Part shown: positions 59,118 through 64,000 of the stretch, piece after piece
Numbering within the stretch: the stretch's first letter is position 1
How the letters are laid out: each line of letters starts with the position of its first letter
The notes under the pieces: generated by a model
The model's input: the letters and a program-made list of their open reading frames with translations, nothing else
Told to the model about the DNA's origin: nothing
The model's database searches: none
Assembly (NCBI GenBank): GCA_964541395.1
Contig: CAZIPM010000001.1
Location: 3,833-67,832 of the forward strand
Reading direction: 5' to 3'
Source of the DNA: an uncultured Gammaproteobacteria bacterium
Lineage (GTDB): Bacteria; Patescibacteriota; Microgenomatia; UBA8517
Length of the DNA stretch: 64,000 bases
Translations under genes and position numbers: made by a program

Positions 59118-59766
59118 TTGATTGAATTAAAGAAAAAACAAACAAAAGCAAAAAAGGGATTATAAATTTCTTGTTTTCTATTACTTTTAATGTCCCAAGA
59201 TAAATAAGGATTACCATTAAAGGAAACAGGGTAAAAGGACCGAGGGGGTTATTGTTTCCGATAACACTAAGAAGAATAATCGGAGAAAGTGCTGTCAATA
59301 AAGCAATTATATGATCCTTCTTTACTTGGAAGATACCGATTAGAAAGAGGGGTAGTAAACCATAGGGAAATTTTTCAAATTCCTGAAACCAAAATCTGCC
59401 TCTGGGGAAATTTGAAAAGAAAAACAGATTTAGATCAAATACTTCAGAAAAGTTAAATTTTATTTTATTAAAAGTCGTATCATAAAGATTCAAGATAAAT
59501 TGTTTGATGAAGTTTATTCCAAATCCGTTTAATTTAGGAAATGTTAAATCACTCATAATAGTGGTTTTTATTTGCAGCAATAACGCTATAAGAAAAACTA
59601 CTCTTAATAAGTTTTGGTATTTATTGGTATTTTTTTGAAATGTAAGCCATAAAAGAAAGGTAGCCAAAATTGTTAAAAATGCTATATAGAAATTATCGCT
59701 AAAAAGTTTCCAAATCCAGAGATTTGAGAACAGGGAAAATATCAAAATCAGGGACTTTTTAATCAT
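59092..59766 (-). CDS. GT-C-associated accessory membrane protein of about 220 aa (paralog of 61274..61870)
   Basis: ...NFPRGRFWFQEFEKFPYGLLPLFLIGIFQVKKDHIIALLTALSPIILLSVIG aligns with ...FMPRSYFQAGDGTKFSPKGVEPIAGILFPFWIMGLISIIKDKYFKPLYLVLGTSLFAFLLG of 61274. Confidence 0.45.
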   Translation of the reverse strand: MIKKSLILIFSLFSNLWIWKLFSDNFYIAFLTILATFLLWLTFQKNTNKYQNLLRVVFLIALLLQIKTTIMSDLTFPKLNGFGINFIKQFILNLYDTTFNKIKFNFSEVFDLNLFFFSNFPRGRFWFQEFEKFPYGLLPLFLIGIFQVKKDHIIALLTALSPIILLSVIGNNNPLGPFTLFPLMVILIYLGTLKVIENKKFIIPFLLLFVFSLIQSIAYAKSII

Positions 59767-59796
59767 ATCAATATATTAACATTTTTAAGGTATAAT

Positions 59797-61284
59797 TTGG
59801 TTATGTTGAAATCATTAATGACGGTTAAAATTCTTCTTGTTATGGTACTACTCCTGGCTGCAATTCTCAGATTAATAGGTTTAACTCAATATCCGGTAGG
59901 TTTCACTCCTGACGAAGCATCTTTTGGTTATGACGCTTACAGCATTTTGTTGACAGGAAAGGACCAGTGGGGAAATACGCTTCCTTTAATCCTGAAATCA
60001 TTTGGTGATTACAAAGCACCCATCTATGCGTATTTGACAGTTCCTTCCGTCTTTATATTTGGTTTAAACAAATTTGCAGTCAGACTTCCTAACGCCATCT
60101 TGGGTGTACTGGCCGTCTACGTTGTTTATCTTTTGGTAACAAAACTGTTTAAAAACAAAAATATAGGTTTAATTACAGCTTTTCTGGTAGCAATTTCACC
60201 CTGGCATATAATGATGAGCAGAGGTGCTTTTGAGGCTAATCTGATAACTTTATTTATACCGTTGGGGATTTATTTGTATTTACAGGAAAAATACTATCTG
60301 TCCGCAATTACTTTTGGTCTAACCATGTTTACTTATCACACGGGTAAGTTTTTGGCACCATTAATTTTTGTTTTGCTGGTATTTCTTTATCATAAAAATA
60401 TAAAAAAACTTATCAAACCAACAATGGTATTTTTATTTTTTATAGCACTGACTATTTTTACCATTCTAGGAGGAGCAGGGGGTAGAGTTATCGAAAGAAG
60501 TATCACGCAGGGAGCATTGGAAGACGGAGCAAAAGTAAAAATAGAAAATATAAATAATGGAATGAACCCGATTGTGGCACGTTTACTACATAACAAATAC
60601 CAAATTGTAGCCAGCCGCTTTGTCTATAATTATCGTCAATACTTTTCATTAAAATTTTTGCTGTTTGAAGGACCGGCCGAAACCACCTACGGGATGATGA
60701 AAGGTCTGGGTGTATTGACTTATCTTGAGATGTTAGGATTTTTAACCGGTTTATATTTTTTAATAAGATCCAAGAATATTGATCCTAAAATAAAATATTT
60801 GATACTGCTCTGGCTTTTAATTGCACCTGTTCCTGCCAGTTTGGCAACCGGGGTTGGTTATGCAGCCAATCGTTCAGTTTCAATGATACCGGTTATCCAA
60901 GTAATATCAGGATTTGGTTTATTCAATTTAATAGACAAAAGAATTTATCTAAAGTATATTGCATTGATAATAGCCTTAGTAGGATTAACGGTGTTTATCA
61001 AAAAGTACTTAATTGAATCACCAATTACTTCTGCTCAGGGAATGCTTTCGAAGAATTTGATGATTGCAAACGAATATGTTGCCAAGTCAGCGGGAAACGA
61101 TACCGTAATTGTGCCAAGGACTTTATCTGAACCGCAGATTTATATCGCCTTTGTTTCTAAGATGGATCCGAGGTTTTATCAAAATGAGAGTAGAGGTTGG
61201 AATTTTGAGGAATTGGGTGTTAATTGGGTAGATCAAATACCGGAATATAGATTGGGAAAGTATTTATTTAAAAATGAAGAATAA
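59797..61284 (+). CDS. GT-C family membrane glycosyltransferase (PMT_2/ArnT-like), subfamily B
   Basis: LRLIGLTQYPVGFTPDEASFGYDAYSILLTGKDQWGNTLPLILKSFGDYKAPIYAY. The likely ATG is at 59803. Confidence 0.65.
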   Translation: MVMLKSLMTVKILLVMVLLLAAILRLIGLTQYPVGFTPDEASFGYDAYSILLTGKDQWGNTLPLILKSFGDYKAPIYAYLTVPSVFIFGLNKFAVRLPNAILGVLAVYVVYLLVTKLFKNKNIGLITAFLVAISPWHIMMSRGAFEANLITLFIPLGIYLYLQEKYYLSAITFGLTMFTYHTGKFLAPLIFVLLVFLYHKNIKKLIKPTMVFLFFIALTIFTILGGAGGRVIERSITQGALEDGAKVKIENINNGMNPIVARLLHNKYQIVASRFVYNYRQYFSLKFLLFEGPAETTYGMMKGLGVLTYLEMLGFLTGLYFLIRSKNIDPKIKYLILLWLLIAPVPASLATGVGYAANRSVSMIPVIQVISGFGLFNLIDKRIYLKYIALIIALVGLTVFIKKYLIESPITSAQGMLSKNLMIANEYVAKSAGNDTVIVPRTLSEPQIYIAFVSKMDPRFYQNESRGWNFEELGVNWVDQIPEYRLGKYLFKNEE

Positions 61285-61870
61285 TAAATTAATTTTAATA
61301 GTATTTTTATTGACTGCGGGAATCTGGTGGAACTTTTTTAACTTAAAGGAGATGGTGGTTCAATGGTCTCAAGCTCCAGATTATTTTAGTAAGAATATGA
61401 GATCTTTTTTTTCGGATGAAAATCTGATGAAAATTCAGGAAGTCAGATGGAATGCATTCGGGGAAAAAAGAGAAGACAACTTATCCAAAATTTATTACAA
61501 CAAAGGCTATATTTTGGTAGACAATTTCTTTTCCTATGTTAGTTATTTCATGCCCAGATCATATTTCCAAGCAGGAGACGGTACGAAATTTTCACCCAAA
61601 GGAGTGGAACCAATTGCTGGCATTCTCTTTCCATTTTGGATAATGGGATTAATTTCGATAATAAAAGATAAATATTTTAAGCCATTATATTTGGTTCTGG
61701 GGACTTCATTGTTTGCCTTTTTATTAGGACAACGGAATTTAGCTTTCCTTTTCCCTGTGATGTTGGTTTATATTTACATCGCTTCTAAATCTTTAGGTAA
61801 AAAACAATTTATATTTGTTTTGCTCTACACTCTATTTATCATAGGAAGGGTAATATGGCTAAAAAGTTAG
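61274..61870 (+). CDS. GT-C-associated accessory membrane protein of about 200 aa (paralog of 59092..59766)
   Basis: See 59092..59766. It sits between two PMT_2-like genes with overlapping junctions. Confidence 0.45.
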   Translation: MKNNKLILIVFLLTAGIWWNFFNLKEMVVQWSQAPDYFSKNMRSFFSDENLMKIQEVRWNAFGEKREDNLSKIYYNKGYILVDNFFSYVSYFMPRSYFQAGDGTKFSPKGVEPIAGILFPFWIMGLISIIKDKYFKPLYLVLGTSLFAFLLGQRNLAFLFPVMLVYIYIASKSLGKKQFIFVLLYTLFIIGRVIWLKS

Positions 61871-63435
61871 TAATTGTTTTAATATTTTTACTCGCATTCT
61901 TCTTAAGAACCTGGAATTTGTCAAAATATCCTGTTTCTTTGTCAATGGATGAAGCCGCCATCGGATACAATGCCTATTCTATTTTAAAAACAGGTCATGA
62001 CGAATATAAAGAATTCCTACCATTAACATTTAGATCAGCCGGAGACTACAAACCACCTGTTGATTTTTATCTTACAGTACCTTCAATTTTTCTTTTTGGA
62101 TTAACCGAATTCAGTATCCGACTACCTGTTGCATTAGTTGGTTCATTAACAGCTGTTGCCTTTATCTATCTGCTTATTAATTTAGGACTTTCTTTTAAAG
62201 CATCTGCCTTCGGAGGTTTTTGGCTGGCAGTACTTCCTTGGCATATTCATTTTTCCAGGGCATCTTTCGAGGCAGTAACAGCCCTCTTCTTTCTTATATC
62301 CGGTTCAGCACTTTTTATTTCCTGGGTAAAAAACAAAAAAACGTTGTATGCGTTTCTTACAGCCCTATCCTTCGGTTTGTCTGTTTGGTCATATCATGCA
62401 GAGAGACTATTTGTTCCAATGTTGGTTGTCTTTCTTTTTATAATTTTTAAACCAAAAAAGAACCTAGTCATCTTCTTTTTGGTCACGGCAATTCTGGCAA
62501 TTCCGTTTTTAAGATTGGCACTTTTTACTCCGGCAATTAGAGAGAGAGCTTCGTCTACCTCCATCTTAAGAGAGCAGTCATTAGTATTGGGACTGCATAC
62601 CTCAAATTATGAGAATTTTGTTGAAAAAGTATTTGATAATGACATTTATCTTGTTTATAGTCATTGGTTGGGAAAGTATCTTAACTATTTTGATATTCGT
62701 TTCTGGTTTTGGAAAGGCATGCAATTTACCCCACCGGGTTATCCTGATCTGGGACTTCTATATCTTGTTGATTTACCTGTATTTTTACTAGGTTTATATG
62801 TCTTGGTCAGATCAAAAAATAAAAATCTGAAAGCATTATCGGTATTTTGGTTTTTTGCAGGACCGTTTCCTGCATCACTAACAATGAATGAACAACATCC
62901 ATTAAGAGCTTTAACTTGGCTACCCTTTTTTGGAATTGTAGTTGCCATGGGTTTTGAATACATAACCGCTAAATATAAAACTTTTAAAATTTATTTGATT
63001 TATATAGCACTATTTTTGTTTAACTTCATTTACTTTTTTGATATTTATACGCATCAATCTCCAAGATTTTTTTCAGAGTATTGGTCTTACGGATATAAAG
63101 AATCCACAATATATGCTTGTGAAAACAGGGACAAATACGACGAAATAGTTGTTACCGATACTTTCGGAAGTGACGGACCATTAAACACAGGTCTTCCTTA
63201 TCTTTACTGGTTGGTTTATTGTGATTGGGATCGAGACAGTTTTTTAAGTACCGGAAAACATCCGGAAAAACTTAGATTTAGACGACCAAACAAAGAAGAT
63301 TTTTCGGATGGTAAAAAGAAACTGTTAATCGGATCCTCTTGGGATTTTTTGGAAGGCCTGTGTGACAAAGGAAAAATAGTTAAAACAATTTATTATTTAA
63401 ATGGTAAAGAAGGGTTTCTTTTAATAGAACCATGA
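61855..63435 (+). CDS. GT-C family membrane glycosyltransferase (PMT_2/ArnT-like), subfamily B
   Basis: LRTWNLSKYPVSLSMDEAAIGYNAYSILKTGHDEYKEFLPLTFRSAGDYKPPVDFY. Confidence 0.65.
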   Translation: MAKKLVIVLIFLLAFFLRTWNLSKYPVSLSMDEAAIGYNAYSILKTGHDEYKEFLPLTFRSAGDYKPPVDFYLTVPSIFLFGLTEFSIRLPVALVGSLTAVAFIYLLINLGLSFKASAFGGFWLAVLPWHIHFSRASFEAVTALFFLISGSALFISWVKNKKTLYAFLTALSFGLSVWSYHAERLFVPMLVVFLFIIFKPKKNLVIFFLVTAILAIPFLRLALFTPAIRERASSTSILREQSLVLGLHTSNYENFVEKVFDNDIYLVYSHWLGKYLNYFDIRFWFWKGMQFTPPGYPDLGLLYLVDLPVFLLGLYVLVRSKNKNLKALSVFWFFAGPFPASLTMNEQHPLRALTWLPFFGIVVAMGFEYITAKYKTFKIYLIYIALFLFNFIYFFDIYTHQSPRFFSEYWSYGYKESTIYACENRDKYDEIVVTDTFGSDGPLNTGLPYLYWLVYCDWDRDSFLSTGKHPEKLRFRRPNKEDFSDGKKKLLIGSSWDFLEGLCDKGKIVKTIYYLNGKEGFLLIEP

Positions 63436-64000
63436 TCTATCTAATTTTATTTTTAACAATTGTTCTTAGATTTTTATTTACATCGGAAATGCCCCCGTCT
63501 CTTAATTGGGACGAGATAAGTCACGGTTATAATGCTTATTCAATTTTAAAAACAGGTAGTGACGAATGGGGTAATTTTCTACCATCCATCTTTCGGGCAT
63601 ATGGTGATTACAAATTACCTGTTTATATTTACCTGACCTCAATCTCCGAATTATTTTTTGGTCTAACTCCCTTTGCTGTCAGATTACCCAATATACTAGC
63701 GGGGATAGGTACTGTTTATTTTACTTACTTATTGGTTTTAAGACTTTTCAAAGAGAATAAACAACTGGCTCTTTTGTCAGCTTTCCTTGTAGCAGTTGAA
63801 CCGTGGACTTTTTTTATAGGAAGACCTGCGTTTGAAGCCAACTTGGCGTCATTTTTCTTTGTAGCTGCAACTTATTTATTTTTAAAAGGTGTTCAAGAAA
63901 ATAAATCATCTTTACCAAGTATTATTTTGTATGGACTTACGGTCTGGACTTATAATTCATACCGCATTTTTACACCCTTGTTTTTAATTACACTGCATAT
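63432..64000 (+). CDS. GT-C family membrane glycosyltransferase (PMT_2/ArnT-like), subfamily B; 3' end off window
   Basis: ATG at 63432 overlaps the upstream TGA. MIYLILFLTIVLRFLFTSEMPPSLNWDEISHGYNAYSILKTGSDEWGNFLPSIFRAYGDYKLPVYIY. Confidence 0.6.
   Translation, partial: MIYLILFLTIVLRFLFTSEMPPSLNWDEISHGYNAYSILKTGSDEWGNFLPSIFRAYGDYKLPVYIYLTSISELFFGLTPFAVRLPNILAGIGTVYFTYLLVLRLFKENKQLALLSAFLVAVEPWTFFIGRPAFEANLASFFFVAATYLFLKGVQENKSSLPSIILYGLTVWTYNSYRIFTPLFLITLH

Noticed and set aside
1-64000. Possibility of alternative genetic code (UGA recoding, as in some CPR lineages)
   Set aside because: TGA terminates long, motif-complete ORFs (for example 35322..37076 and 61855..63435 end in TGA, overlapped by the next gene's ATG). 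Gene lengths match homolog expectations, so the standard code is supported. The single in-frame TAA at 24417-24425 is reported separately as a likely pseudogene.
1-64000. CRISPR arrays, rRNA and tRNA genes
   Set aside because: No regularly spaced direct repeats and no conserved tRNA T-loop or acceptor-stem patterns were found in the intergenic regions I inspected (1040-1265, 3347-3563, 9638-9942, 15554-15708, 17089-17445, 18208-18481, 54062-54193). Coding density leaves little room elsewhere.

Overview
This window reads as a Patescibacteria/CPR-like genome: low GC (about 33% by eye), tightly packed genes and frequent ATGA/TAATG start-stop overlaps. I found no rRNA, tRNA or CRISPR. Layout: (i) 1-3.4 kb holds the 5' part of a Bcs1-like nucleotidyltransferase-SDR fusion gene on the minus strand (its 3' end lies beyond the window start), a GC-elevated fragment of an HK97-type phage major capsid gene, and small envelope proteins. 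(ii) 3.5-11 kb holds four paralogous secreted/surface repeat proteins, a sortase and a CAP-domain protein. (iii) 11-21 kb holds galU, an intein-interrupted rfbB fused to a Nudix domain, rmlC and rmlD, plus a roughly 1.8 kb GC-rich foreign island (15.6-17.3 kb), a DUF4143 ATPase and a minus-strand trmD. (iv) 22-64 kb is a large cell-envelope glycosylation locus. It contains at least 15 paralogous GT-C (PMT_2/ArnT-like, YfhO-like, GT87-like) membrane glycosyltransferases, about 9 GT2 enzymes including three Dpm1/ArnC-like polyprenyl-phosphate-sugar synthases, one GT4, a Wzx-like flippase, two SAM methyltransferases and an SGNH esterase, with nrnA and rdgB embedded. The features I rate most interesting are: the LAGLIDADG intein at the active-site Thr of dTDP-glucose 4,6-dehydratase; the sortase plus a novel repeat-protein family carrying vicinal Cys-Cys motifs; the GC-rich orphan gene; and the GT-C expansion built from duplicated [small membrane protein]-[GT-C] modules.
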